A stretch of DNA of 64,000 bases from the human T2T-CHM13v2.0 reference genome, Homo sapiens. The notes under the pieces are model-generated. The model ran no database searches. It was not told where the DNA came from and saw only the letters and a list, made by a program, of their open reading frames with translations. The stretch lies in assembly GCF_009914755.1 (NCBI RefSeq), contig NC_060934.1; one strand, given 5' to 3'. The translations under genes and the position numbers were made by a program. The stretch's first letter is position 1. Every line of letters begins with the position of its first letter. This document shows positions 25,400 through 38,539 of the stretch, piece after piece.

Positions 25400-25761
25400 T
25401 GGAGACAGGGGCACGGCCCATGTGGAGACACTGGCGTGGACTCCCTGAGGAAGGACGTGCCACCACTTTCTAGGAGAGTGGTTAGCGGGCAGCCCCTGGG
25501 CATCGGGTTTGCCAAGCTGCGAGGAGCTGCCCTGCCTGAGGCCATGGCCATCCAAGGCTCAAGGGGACACAGCTTATCGTCCATGTTTACTTTGGAAGTC
25601 CCTGCTAGGTCCACTGAGACCTCGTCAAGCCTGCACCTCAATTCAACTTCTCCCTCTGCTTAATTCACTTTCTCCACATTCCTTTCACTGTTGTTGATCC
25701 CTTAAAAAGTATACTTCTCATACTCCATCAGAGTTTACATTTAGACAATGTATCTGTGACA
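25400..25761 (+). mobile_element. LTR16-like ERVL LTR
   Basis: GAGCTGCCCTGCCTGAGGCCA; CAACTTCTCCCTCTGC..TGTTGATCCC..CTCCATCAGAGT..TGTGACA end. Confidence 0.6.
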
Positions 25762-25809
25762 TGTGACAGTCACACGAGCAATAATCTTTGACACTCCTAA
25801 GCACTGTTT

Positions 25810-26070
25810 ATCTGAAAACTGTGAATTAAAACCACCAGGAGACACCACTTTACATCCATTAGACTGGCTGAAATGGAAAGACTGCCCACATCAAGTGCTG
25901 GCAATGTTTTCAGAAAGTGGAACTCTGTCCATTGCTTGGGGGACTGAAAAACGGCAAAACTATTTGAAAGCAATTTGACAAATTCTTATACAGTTAAATC
26001 AATCCAATTGCTTGATAATTTCACTCCTATTTCCTACCACAAATAAAAACATGTCCACAGAACGAGTCAG
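25810..26070 (+). mobile_element. L1ME 3' fragment
   Basis: AATTAAAACCACCAGGAGACACCACTTTACATCCATTAGACTGGCTGAAAT. Confidence 0.65.
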
Positions 26071-26103
26071 TGAAAATGAGCAACAGATTTGGACATCCCT
26101 GGG

Positions 26104-26316
26104 TGTCACGGCTTCAGCAGGTCCCTCCATTCAGGGTCTCTGACTTCTGGCAACACCCCAATTTATGTTCAGAGATTGCAGTAAAGACAGGTGTAAGAAA
26201 TTATAAAAGTATTAATTTGGAGAACTAGCAAATGTCCATGAAATCTTCACAATTTATATTCTTCTGTCACGGCTTCAGCAGGTCCCTCTGTTCGGGGTCT
26301 CTGACTTCCTGCAACA
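26104..26316 (-). mobile_element. MER11 (HML-8 LTR) 5'-terminal fragments, terminus present twice
   Basis: Reverse complement reads TGTTGCAGGAAGTCAGAGACCCCGAACAGAGGGACCTGCTGAAGCCGTGACAGAAGAATATAAATTGTGAAGATTTCATGGACATT, matching the MER11 start. Confidence 0.85.
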
Positions 26317-26319
26317 TCT

Positions 26320-26790
26320 GGGGTGGATTGTATTTTCTAATGTGGCCACAGCAATACTTCCAGTCCTCTTCCAGAATCGTGCTGCTCCCCCACCAAGAGG
26401 CTGATTCTCTTGCCCTTTTCATAGAAATGTGGCTGTCCTTTTTTGGCTGCCTTGACTGATAGAAGGTGGTAGAAGTGAGACTGAGTCATAGACAGCAAAA
26501 TGTCTCTGCCAGGTCTTTCTCTCTCAGGACAACTGCCCTTTGTACCCAGCCTCCATGTTGGGAGGAAGCTCAGGCCATGTGTGGAGGCATCAGGGCCAAC
26601 AGTTCCCACTAAGAGCTTGAAGCTACCACCAGCCTCAACTACCACAAACACCGAACAGTGAGCCTCAAGAAGATCCCAGTCCACAGCCTGTTCCACTCCA
26701 GTGGTGTCAGGCAGCTGAGATAAGCTCTCCCTGCTAAGAATTAACTGATTTGCTGATTAATGAGCCAAATAAATGTTGTAATAATTTCCC
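26320..26790 (+). mobile_element. MLT1 (G/H-like) MaLR LTR
   Basis: CCCCACCAAGAGG; TTGACTGATAGAAGGTGGTAGAAGTGA; CCATGTTGGGAGGAAGCTCAGGCCA; ATGAGCCAAATAAATG. Confidence 0.72.
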
Positions 26791-26799
26791 TAAATTCTA

Positions 26800-27325
26800 C
26801 ACAAGACACTTCGCACTATTTGCAATAGCAAAGACATGGAATCAACCTAGATACCCATCAGTAGTAGACTGGATAAAGAAATGTGGTACATGTATACCAT
26901 GGAATACTACACAGCCATAAGAAAGAACAAAATCACATCTTTTGCAACAATACTGATGCAGCTGGAGGTCATTATTCTAAGTGTATTAATGCAGGAACAG
27001 AAAACCAAATCCTACACATTCTTACTTAGAAGCGGGAGCTAAATATCGAGTACACATAGAAACAAAGAGGGAACAATAGATGCCGGAGCATACTTGATGG
27101 TGGAGGGAGGGTGGAAGGCAAGGCTAGAAAAACTGCTTATTGGTTCCCATGCTGGCTACCTGGGCAATAAAATCATTTGAAAACTGCTTATTGGTTCCCG
27201 TGCTGACTACCTTGGTGATAAAACCATTTGTACACCAAACCCCAGTGACACTCAATTTACCCATGTAACAAACCTGCAAACGTACCCTCGAACTTAAAAT
27301 AAAAGTTAAAAAAGAGAAAAGAAAG
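26800..27325 (+). mobile_element. L1PA15/16- or L1PB-type 3' end with an internal 51-bp tandem duplication
   Basis: CAATAGCAAAGACATGGAATCAACCTAGA; CCATGTAACAAACCTGCA..AATAAAAGTTAAAA; duplication 27129-27179/27180-27230. Confidence 0.92.
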
Positions 27326-27329
27326 GTCT

Positions 27330-27950
27330 ACGAATGGTCAAAAAGCACTTAAAAATTCCCCAAATCAGAAATCATTCTGGAATTGCAGATTAAAATCACA
27401 ATGAGACACCACTATGCACTCATTAGGAGAAGTAAAATCAAAATGGTGACAATGGCAGTGTTGGGGGGGCATAGAGCAACTGAAACCCTCACTATTCAGC
27501 CACTCTGGAAAATATTTTCACATGAAAATAAAGAAGTTAAACATGTACTTACAAAAAACCAGCAATTCAGCTCATGGGTATTTATGCAAAATAAAATTTT
27601 TAAAAGCTTATACAAAAACCTGTACATGAATGTTCATAGAAATTTTATTCATAATAGCCCCAAATTGGAACAAATAAATATACCTATCAACTGGTGAATG
27701 AATGGGTGAGAAAACTGTTATATTCCTACAGTGGACGGCCGGATGGTTCTTGGAGATTGAAGATGCAGGGAGGGACCTACTTCAAATGGTGGTAAGAAAA
27801 CTTTGGGGGTGATAGGGAGGGTCTGTTTATTAATCATGATGCCCACTCCACGGGAGCACACACCTCTGAAAATCAATAGATTGTGACTTTAAATGAGAGC
27901 ATTTTATTCTAAGTGAATGATACATCAACGAATTTTCTATTAAAAACATG
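27330..27950 (+). mobile_element. L1M (MC/ME) 3' fragments
   Basis: GCAGATTAAAATCACAATGAGACACCAC; ATGTTCATAG..TTTATTCATAATAGCCCCAAATTGGAA. Confidence 0.7.
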
Positions 27951-29788
27951 TTCACAGAAATACATGTGCAAGAATCTTTGTAGCTTCATTATTCACACTC
28001 TAAATAAGGCCTTTTGCTTTTTCTGCTGCTCTATGATTAAAAAAATGTAGAAAAAATGAATATTTCTCAGGCATATTTCAGTTTGTTATGCTTTTCTTTT
28101 TGTAAAACCAACATGTTTAATTTAAAATATCTGGGAAATAAAATAATATACAAAAAATAATTAAGTGTAAGACTATTCTAATCACTATTAACTTTATGTG
28201 TGTCTTCTTCCAGTTTTACAAACATTATTTTTAACGTAATTTAGACTATTGCATTAGTTTGTCATTAATGTTATTAATAATAATTATTTATAAATATGTT
28301 TCCCGGTTGTTCACATCATGTACTTTAATAGACCCTTTGTTATGTCATTAAATTCATAACTGATTTAAAGTTAGCATAGAAATCTCCTTTTGAGCAAATG
28401 AAGGTTAGAGCAAAAGAAATGGATCTTTCCTGTATGAGATCACACATCTCATGGATTGGGCTTTCCAAACCTGGTCTTGGCTGATAAAAGGAAATTTGAG
28501 AAACAGTAGCTCAGACCTGCCTATTCTAAACAACTGTTGTGAAAAAGATTATTCAAAATATTCTTTTAGTGAAAATAATCCTGAGCTATATATGACATAC
28601 ATCTAAGTGTGTCTATACTAACTGGTACATTTCATTGTATAATCCCTGGACAATTAACATTTAATGAAAAGCTTTGAAATAAATAAATTTGTGCCATCTT
28701 AAATTAAATTGTGATGATTTGATTTCCACTGGAAATCTCATAAGAAAACAAGAAGACATTTCTTAGGAAACAAATGCACTATTAATTCAATAGAGAATAG
28801 AAAGTGATGTCTCTAGTTTACTATAAAAGATAAGACAATTTTTTCATATTTGGATAAAAAGCATTATAATTAGGGCACTTATTGGGGGCCAGGGACTTTA
28901 AGTGGAGTTATGTTACAATTTTGTTTAAACCATTAAAATAGTTATTTTTTTTCTTTAAACACATCACAAGAGTACAATGAATTAACTGAAAGTTGTGATT
29001 AATATGTAAAAATTGACTTTGCAATTGGTGATAAGAATTTGAAATCTAAAAAAACTGAAAATGTGTTAAAATTGATATGTATAGGTGTCAACAATTTTCC
29101 GGAAACTCTCTTGCTTTCCAAGAGGGTATTTTGAGCACTTGAGAGGAGCGATGGCTTCCTTTCATGACTGATGTGCTGTGCGTTACTATAATGTGCTCTG
29201 TTAGCATGGTAATTACAGCCCGCACAGGCAGGGTGCAGGATAATCACCACCTGTAAGTGTTTACAAGAGAAAAGACATGCTGCAAGAAATGGAACTGTAT
29301 TACTTTAGACCTAACTATTAGCATTCTCTCACAATCATCTCATGGTCTTAGAAATACATGATACTTCTCATTTCCCTATCATTTTTAACGTCTGACACCA
29401 AAATTAGGATATTGAGAAGGTCACAGAGTACTGAATTCTGTAATGATCCTTCATTACTCAGTGTTCTCACTGATTTTTTCTTACCTTGGCTATTTTTTAC
29501 TAGTTAATGTGGGATTTTTTTACCCGTTGAGTATTTCTTATCCCTGAATTATTCACCAAAGGTCCACATGACATTTTCTCAACTCGATGTTTCCTTCATA
29601 AACCCTCTTGCAGCTATAGTTTCCTCCTTTCCATTCTCAGAGTTGAGATTTCCATGGCTTCAAACATGGACTACTTGAATGGCAGATACAGTCCCTGATG
29701 AACATGTATTGGTGTAGAGATATAAGGGGTAAAAGTCTCCTCCAGGCTTCAAGAAGCTCACAAGTTAGTAGATACGGTGAGTAAATAA

Positions 29789-29900
29789 ACACACATATGT
29801 GCACATGTGCACATGCATGCACACAAGTGCAATACACAACTCACACACATATGCACTCATGAACAGCTGCACATATACACACATACATATGCACATGCAA
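29789..29900. repeat. (CA/CATG)n low-complexity tract
   Basis: Direct reading. Confidence 0.8.
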
Positions 29901-30590
29901 GTACAGTGTGATCTGCACCTTTTCAACCACCTAATCACCAGGCAAGGGATACAGAAGGCTGCCTCTGGTGTGAATAGAGGAGACCACATGCAAAGCATAG
30001 TCATAGTTACTTACACATGCTTGAAGTATTTGTAGTGTGTCACGGCCTTAGAAAAGGGTGCACACAGGTTGCGGGCCCTTGGCTGGCACTGTCTTTGCTC
30101 AACAACATGTGCGACTCTTCGATGAGCCAGAGGTTTAACCACTGGCTTCACCATGGGTGAAAAGTGGAGCTTTGGCTTTTCATAAGAGGCTGGATTGGGA
30201 CACCTGGAATAAGAAAATTACTCACCATTTTCGGAGGGACAGAGGCCCTGGAAATGCCATCAATAGACCTCAGTGCTTATGAAATGGTGACACTGGACTG
30301 GTGGCAGCCAGCTTGCAGATATGGGCAGGGAGATCCCAAACCTAATGTCACCAGCCCAGTGGACAACACCATGGTGCAGAAACATGTGGATATCAAACTG
30401 ATAGACCAGCAACCAGATAATCCACACCCAGCACCCCACCTGTCCTGCAGCTTCAGGAACCTCCTTAAATTCCACAGGAGTTTTGTTAAGAAAACAGGTT
30501 TCACTATGAAGGCATCTAAATACCTGAGGGTCCTCAAAACCAAAGCTTAGGCAAGAAGGAACTCGGCAGGAATGCAGGTGTGGGATTTAG

Positions 30591-30714
30591 AGAGATGCTC
30601 TTGCCATGGCTCACCTTGGAGGGGTGGCCTCTCACCTCCAGGCTAGGTTTGGAGAGATGATCTTGCCATGGCTCACCTTGGAGGGGCGACCTCTGACCTC
30701 CAGGCTGGGTAGGG
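30591..30714. repeat. 62-bp tandem duplication
   Basis: AGAGATGxTCTTGCCATGGCTCACCTTGGAGGGG..CCTCTxACCTCCAGGCT at 30591 and 30653. Confidence 0.92.
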
Positions 30715-31059
30715 GCCACGTGCAGGTAGGTTTCTTCTCATCCTGGCACGTCCCCCTGCTCCTGGCCCCAGCCACACACCCAGAATTCTTGACCTTAATG
30801 GCCTTCGTGATTTTTATAAGAAGTTTTTCTTTGTTGACTTCTATAAGAAGTTGTGATTATATATTTTTATTTTCTCACTCATTTGACTGCAAGTTCTTTG
30901 AAGACAGGTAAAATTCACTCCTGCCTTATCTCCACCCCGAGCGCAGTGTTCAGCAAACATTTGTCAAATTGTGCTAAAAAGGGAGGGGAGTTAAAATATT
31001 TAATAAGAACTGTGCAAACATTTTTCTGTTCATGTGTCAATAAAATTCCAAAGGATTGG

Positions 31060-31275
31060 ATTTGAAAGATTCAACAGAGAAATAACCTGTTGAAATTGTT
31101 CTCACCACATACACACACACGCATGCACACACACACACACGGTAACTATGTGAGTAATGGTAATTAACTTGATCGTGGTGACTGTTTCACAAAGTATAGC
31201 AACGCATTGAGTAGTGTACCTTGAACGTATGCGATTTTTGTCAGGTATATTTCAAAAAAGTTGAAACAAAAGAAA
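31060..31275 (+). mobile_element. L1MA 3' terminus with internal (CA)n
   Basis: TGTTCTCACCAC(CA)nGGTAACTATGTGAG..TAATTAACTTGAT. Confidence 0.75.
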
Positions 31276-31584
31276 GTTCTTAATCCTACCAGGAATGAAA
31301 GGCCTTTTACAGCTTAAAATACACAACACCTCAAAGAAAATCAAAAGATAAAAGCTGTAGGAATTTTACAGCTTTCCGTTTTATGGCAAGTAAATATCTT
31401 ATGTGATAATCAAATTTTCACCTCTAAATGTAAAAGTTAGCAAGAAACATCATTAGCTAGCTCATCCAAATCATAAAATAACATATTTTTCTTTAAAGTT
31501 CAGTTGAGAATACCTGAAATTGGTACTCATATGTAATATTTGCCAGAAATTCAAGGAGAACACACACACAGATATTCCGCACAG

Positions 31585-32050
31585 AAATTTATTCAGGTGT
31601 TTATTAAATTTTTCTGTTGGTCAGACATCATAGAACTCCTTTTCTCATGGAGTTTCTATTTACTCTATGACAAAATAAGTAAAATATTAGCAAAATAGCC
31701 ATTGTGTGAAGAAGGAGGCATGAGTACTCTTGAGAAAGAGAAAACAAGCAAGTGGGTAAGCAGGCCAGGCATGCAGGACCTGCTGTTTGCAGCAATATGG
31801 TCCTGGGAGGCCTTCCTAGAAAAGCCGGATTTCAGTGTTGTCCGGAAAATGGCAAGGAAGTGATCTAATGCAGAGATCTAGTGAGAGGCATTGTCAAGTA
31901 GAGGGATGGGGCAGTGCAAAGACCCTGGGGCAGGGACACTGTGGTGCTGGAGGGACCAGGTGCCAATGTGGTGAGAGCTGACTTCCGCAGGAGTGAGGTG
32001 GGGTCCCCTCTGCAGGGCTTGGCTGGCCAGTGGAATGTCAGGTCTTTCCA
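31585..32050 (-). mobile_element. L2 fragment
   Basis: TTTATTCAGGTGTTTATTAAAT; CTCATGGAGTTTCTATT; CAGTGCAAAGACCCTGGGGCAGG. Confidence 0.6.
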
Positions 32051-32163
32051 AACCTAGAGGGGGCCAAGTGTGTTTCAGAACTTGAACTTACCCAGACTTT
32101 CAGAAAGGTAATTAGAAATCAAAATTTTCTAACTAGAAATCATGTTCAGAAATACATTTAAAA

Positions 32164-32473
32164 GGCCAGGCCTGGTGGCTCACACCTGTAATCCCAGCAC
32201 TTTGGAAGGCTGAGGCGGGCAGATCATTTGAGGTCAGGAGTTCAAGACCGGCCTGACCAACATTGTGAAACCCCATCTCTACTAAAATACAAAAATTATC
32301 CAGGCGTGGTGGTGGGTGTCTGTAATCCCAGCTACTTGGGAGGCTGAGGCAGCAGAATCACTTTTAAACCTGGGAGGTGGAGGTTGCGGTGAGCCGAGAT
32401 GGTACCACTGCACTTCAGCCTGGGCGACAGAGTGAGACTCCCTCTCAAAAAAAAAAAAAAAAAAAAAAAAAAA
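32164..32473 (+). mobile_element. AluSx/Sz-type
   Basis: Full dimer with A27 tail. Confidence 0.95.
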
Positions 32474-32851
<378 letters not shown>

Positions 32852-33348
32852 TTATGGGTACAGTACAGCAGAGAAAAGGTGAAAAGAACAAAGGTGAGAG
32901 GCAGCTCTCATTTCAGACCAGAACACCTTCTGTTGTACTGGAAGTTTCAGCTTTCAACTCTGACTATTTGGTCTTGAGGAACTCAGAATTGCTGAAAGGG
33001 GATTGGGACCTTGGCCTTTTGTTTTGATTCTGAATAAGATGTGGTACAAGGAGAAGGGAAGGAAGACTGATGCTTTTAACACATCCCTGGTAGCTGTGTG
33101 GAGATGGTGACCAGAACAATCTAGAACCAGTTGTTAGCTGCACTCGATTATATGAGGCGCGATATGTGTCTTACTTTTTTTACATGTATTGTGTAACTGA
33201 GACACCATGCGATGGGTTTTAGTATGTCCAATTTGCTCAGTATCCATGCCTTAAAATGTTTAAGTTCATGTTCTCCATTAGCTCTTTTTCCTAGGTCTTT
33301 CCTTTGTAGCGTTTCTGTAAAGTAGACCTACAAACTGTATGGATGAAA

Positions 33349-33659
<311 letters not shown>

Positions 33660-34241
33660 GAAATATATTTTTTTACTTTTCTGTTTATCTTGCATTTTCT
33701 GGAAATTCCTTTTATTGTTTATATCACACCCTGGTGTGCTGCCATTCTATCATCTGCAAACTGTTAAGTCTGTTTTGAGCACGGACAATAATTGTTTCCA
33801 CTGAGCTCTCATTGCAACAGCTGATAAAGAAGTGAGACCCATAGCTACGTGATAATATCTGGATGTCACAAATGCCTGAATCCTGGTTTCCTCTATCCAC
33901 ATTTAAACATGTCTTATACACATCACACTGCTACATCGTCTTTGGTGTCCTGAATAGAAATTAAATGACTTGATTCATGGTGGGTTTTCTCTTGTCTCTC
34001 ATTTTCCTTGTTGTCAAGTTAATAATTTCGACATTTATCCTAAAATGCAACATGAGGGACCGACCTCATTTCTAGCCTAGGGAAGAAACACCCCTGATAA
34101 GTACATGTACATGTCTGTCAGGGTCTGGATTGTCACTGAGCCGAGGGAAGAGGGTGGTGCCTGGTGGGCTTCCCGCTGCCCGGGATGGGGCTGTCCGTGT
34201 GTTTGTTTGTTGACTTGAAGCCATATGACTGGAACTGCCTC

Positions 34242-34288
34242 CTTTTCTTTTCTATTTTTTCTTTTTTTTCTTTCTTTTTTCTTTTTTT
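34242..34288. repeat. T-rich (TTTTC)n-like tract
   Basis: Direct reading. Confidence 0.8.
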
Positions 34289-36321
34289 AAACAATTCAGT
34301 GGGTTTCTGTGTACGCTGACTCTTGTGGCTGCACCAGTGATGGGCTGGAGGAGGCGTTCCGAGGGGCCAGAGCCTACCTTTGTTTACTCTGGGATCTGAA
34401 GCAGAAACGCATCCCTGGGGTGAATCCTTACTTCTCCAGAGGGGCTGTTCTTCGTGCACAGGATTCTGGCCAGCGGAGGACATGTGCTTGAAGCTGCTTT
34501 GGTCTCCTTCGTGAGGAAGAGGCAACCTGCGCACACCTGGGTGTAACATGCCCCTGCCTGGCTGCCTGGCATGGTGATCGGCCCCTGTTCCAGGGAACCT
34601 GCTCGCTTCTCCCCGTCTGTTCCTCTAGGACAGTTCTCCTGAGCCTAGGGCAGTGCCTGGCACACAGTGAGTCTTACTGACCTGCATGTCAAATGAACAA
34701 ACGCTCAACAGTATTTCCGAGACCACCGTAACTTCAAAAATGCCAGAATCTCCCTTCGGTCTGGGGACCTTGTAATTGCAGAATCACCTTGGAAATGCGC
34801 ACTGGATCTATTCAGCCCAGTTGGTCGGTCACAGTGTAACTGGAGTCGTTCCCTTGGCTCAGAGGGTGCTCTTGAAGCCACGCACAGCCAGGGCCCCGAG
34901 GAGGGAAGATCATTCTGTTTTTGTGTTTTTCTGATTTCTTTTTATAAAACTTTCCCCCAGTAATTACCATTTCAAAGAGAACGGGAGCATATTAACCAGA
35001 TATATGCTCTACAGCAGGATCTCTGTCTTGAAAAGATGATAATTAAAAATAATAACAGAAGAGAGGTCACACCATCACTTATCTCAACATTTGTCTAGTT
35101 ATTTCTGAATAATTTATCCAAGCTTGTATGATATTCAGGTATTTTGAAATAATATATAATTTTAAGTTGATTTTAATACCCTATAAGCCTGTTTTTTTCT
35201 GTAATTTAAACAGATAACATATTTTTAAAATGAAAACAAGTAACTGAACATAATTCCTTTTGAATGGCTACCTTTGTCATAAAATTCTTAGGTGAATTCC
35301 TCTTTTACTGAAATTCTTACTGGGCTGGAAAGCTGGAAAGCTGCCCCTAAGCTTTTGTGTCAGATAAATCCAGTGGCATCTCTTGACTTCTATTTTTCTA
35401 TATACACATCTTTAAAAAATTAAATAATATTATCTGTAGTGTCTCTTACAGCTGGAAGATCTCATATGCTTTCCCTGCCATTTCTCTGTGTGGCACTATA
35501 GTTGCTATTACTAAGATACAAAGCAATTAGAATAGAAGCTGCTGGATATTGAAATATTGGTCAGCAGTTATATTATACTCAGGTGTGGGTTGTAGTTTTG
35601 AAAAATAATGTAAGATGCAATTGTACCCTCTAGGAACTCTTTTGATAAATAAGACAAAAATAAACGAAAGAACTAAAAGACAGAGATGGACAGTGTGAAA
35701 CTGGATGTCAAAGACGTGGTGTGGAGAAGGGGAGTCAGGAGCAAGGGCTGGAGGAGAGTCAGGAGGTCCGAGGCTCCTGGGAGGCAGTGGCAGTGGAGAC
35801 CCGAGCCTGGGTGAGGCCAGGGATCTGGGGCCTTCTCTAAACGCTGCTTAAATGGCTCAATACTGGACAGAGTGCTGTGGGTGGACGGGGGAGGAGGGCA
35901 AGGGAGGAGAACAACTTTGCGTCCCTCAGTCTGGGAGGACTCAGCAGAGCCTCGGTTACAGGTGATGGAAGAGGCTGACGAAGCAGACAGGATGTGGAGG
36001 TTACCTGGACCTGCCTGCCCAGGCTCACGGCAGAGGGAGGAGGCCATGCCAACCGAGCCCCAGAACTGGGCACCCATCCCGAGGCCCCACAGGGCAGGCT
36101 GGGGTGCGAGAAGCTCAGCTTCCCGCCTGCCGCCCCCTCTCCCACCTGCACCTCTGTCGTGGAACCAGCTGTCTCCTGAGGCTGTGGGACAAGGGCCAGG
36201 GACCTGAAGAGAGGAACTGGCCAATGGAGGTGCCCACGTCCATCCAACACCTGAGATGTGCTGGCCACGTGGCAGGGTTCTGTGCCATGAATTTTAGAGA
36301 CCAGGAAATGAAGGTATAGAA

Positions 36322-37312
36322 AGATTTGATAACGTACTCTTCCCATCTAACTGACATTTTGTATCCCTTGACCAACATGTCCCCACCGCACAGCCCCAGC
36401 CCCTGGTGATAATCATTCCTTTCTCTACTTCTACAGGTTCAACATCTTCAGCCTCCACATACAAGTGAGTCTGTGCAGCATTCATCTTTCTGTCCTTGGC
36501 TTACTGCACAGAACACGATGTCCTCCAGGTTCAAGATCTATCGGACAACGTGATGACTTAGTGGGTAACTGTGATGGTTAATATTAAGTGTCAACTTGAT
36601 TAGATTGAAGGATGCAAAGTATTGATCCTGGATGTGTCTGTGAGGGAGCTGCCAAAGGAGATTAACATTTGAGTCAGTGGACTGGGAGACGCAGACCCAC
36701 CTTTAATTTGGGTGGGCACCATCTAATCAGCTGCCAGCATGGCTAGAATAAAGCAGGCAGGAGAAGGTGGAATGAACAGACTTGCGAGTCTCCAGCCTGC
36801 ATCTTTCTCCTGTGCTGGATGCTTCCTGCTGTAGAACTTCAGACTCCAAGTTCTTTGGCTTTTGGACCTTGAATTTACATCAGTGGTTTACCAGGGGCTC
36901 TCGGGTCTTTGGCCACAGACTCTCGGCTGCACTGTCGGCTTCCCTAGTGCAGGAAAGGTTTTGGGACTTGGACTGATCCATCACTGGCCTCCTTGCTCCT
37001 CAACTTGCAGACAGACTATTGTGGGACTTCACCTAGTGATCCTGTGAGTCAACTCTTCTTAATAAGCTCCCTTCCATATATACATCTATCCTATTAGTTC
37101 TGTCCCTCTAGAGAACCCTAATACAATAACAATATAATATATGTTTGAAAATTGCTAAAAGAGTAATTTTAAGTGTTCTCACCATATAAGAATATGAGGT
37201 GACATATGTTAATTAGCTCAATTTAGTCATTTCACAAGGCAGACAAATTTCGAAACGTTGTACATGATGGATTGAATATAGACAATTTTTATGTGTCAGT
37301 TATAAAAATGAA
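36322..37312. mobile_element. L1MA 3' end with 5' inversion (36322-36533 minus; 36530-36569 and 37126-37312 plus), split by MLT2A2
   Basis: The inverted part ends at the consensus position where the forward part begins (TTCAAGATCTA..). Confidence 0.8.
36570..37125 (+). mobile_element. MLT2A2-like HERV-L solo LTR
   Basis: TGTGATGGTTAATATTAAGTGTCAACTTGATTAGATTGAAGGATGCAAAGTATTG start; CTAGAGAACCCTAATACA end; 556 bp; TSD GTAAC/ATAAC. Confidence 0.9.
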
Positions 37313-38539
37313 AAACAAAGAACCTGGGAATTTCTCACCAGGGAAGGGTCTTTTAGAATCAACAAAGACTTTCAGATTCCTTCTCATGTCGCTCAGCATG
37401 GAAGATGTTTTTATATCTATATGAACACAAAAGGCCTGCAGTTGTTAATTACTTGTCGTATTAAAGCCCACAGGCTACACTGTAGAACTACAACTTAGAA
37501 ATTAAAACAAAGATTTACAATTTTTTAAAAAAGTAAATAATGCTAATAGGGTTGCAAAACTATTAAACAGAAGGAAATTGTGAGTTTCTGATTGTGTTGA
37601 TGAGTCCTTGCTTTTCTCACTGTAGGTACAAGAAATGCTCGAATGAGTGGGTTCCAACACACTCTGGTAAATACTGGCCGGCTATTATGTGATGGGTTGG
37701 ACTATTTATTGTTATATGGTACACAGTAGGATATGGGGGTGGGGACGTTTAATAAAGGGCTTTGGGCTTCAGTATGAACCAAAGTGGATCCTCTAGGAGC
37801 TCCTGAAGCCATCATGGGTCTTCAGCGATGCTTCCTCCAGGAGCCAGATGGCTGCAGCCCAGGCTGAAAGGATCCAGGTGCTGCACACAAAGTTCTGATG
37901 GAATATTTCAGAGAGAGAAAAACCAATCAACAGGAAAAGGAGGGTTTGTGAAAATGATTTATCGTGTGGTTGACATGCAACATTCTTACAGTGACTTCCG
38001 TAAAGGATTTGGAATGGTATTATCAAACTCAATTGCAATGAAAATGATCAATATCAGTGAATTTTTATAGATCAATCCCACTTTTCACAATACTTGGTAA
38101 GATTTTGGTTAGTTTTGAAACAATGCCCAGTTCAAAGTCTGATGCACACCGAAGGCTGAGTGGTTCTAAGTATTGTACATTTCAGGCCTGTTTTCCCTTT
38201 TTTGAGGTTGGCATCTGAAGTACATAATGAAGAACATGAAGAATATGTTTATTATTCAGAGTACACTGGAAAAATGCCAGGAAAAATACTAGGAATTTCT
38301 AGTCCAGTATTCCTTTTCTGCATCCATGTATCAACCACAAGTACAAGATATATTTTAAATATGTATCATGTTCTTTTTGCCGCAGGTCTCATGATTTCCA
38401 TCCTGAACCTGAGTGCAGAGTGCTGGGTTCCTGCTTGCCAGGGAGGGGAAATTGGAGAAGGCAGATATCAATTAATTTCCCAAAGATTGTAGGAGATGCT
38501 GATGGTATCAAGGAATTATCGTGAACACCTAAATTTACA

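Noticed and set aside
30164-30550. 128-aa ORF in unique sequence
   Set aside because: Non-ATG start and no family I recognise; a tBLASTn/PhyloCSF check would be needed to revive it
35673-36346. 169-183 aa ORFs
   Set aside because: GC-rich low-information peptides with no recognisable homology; the end runs into L1 sequence
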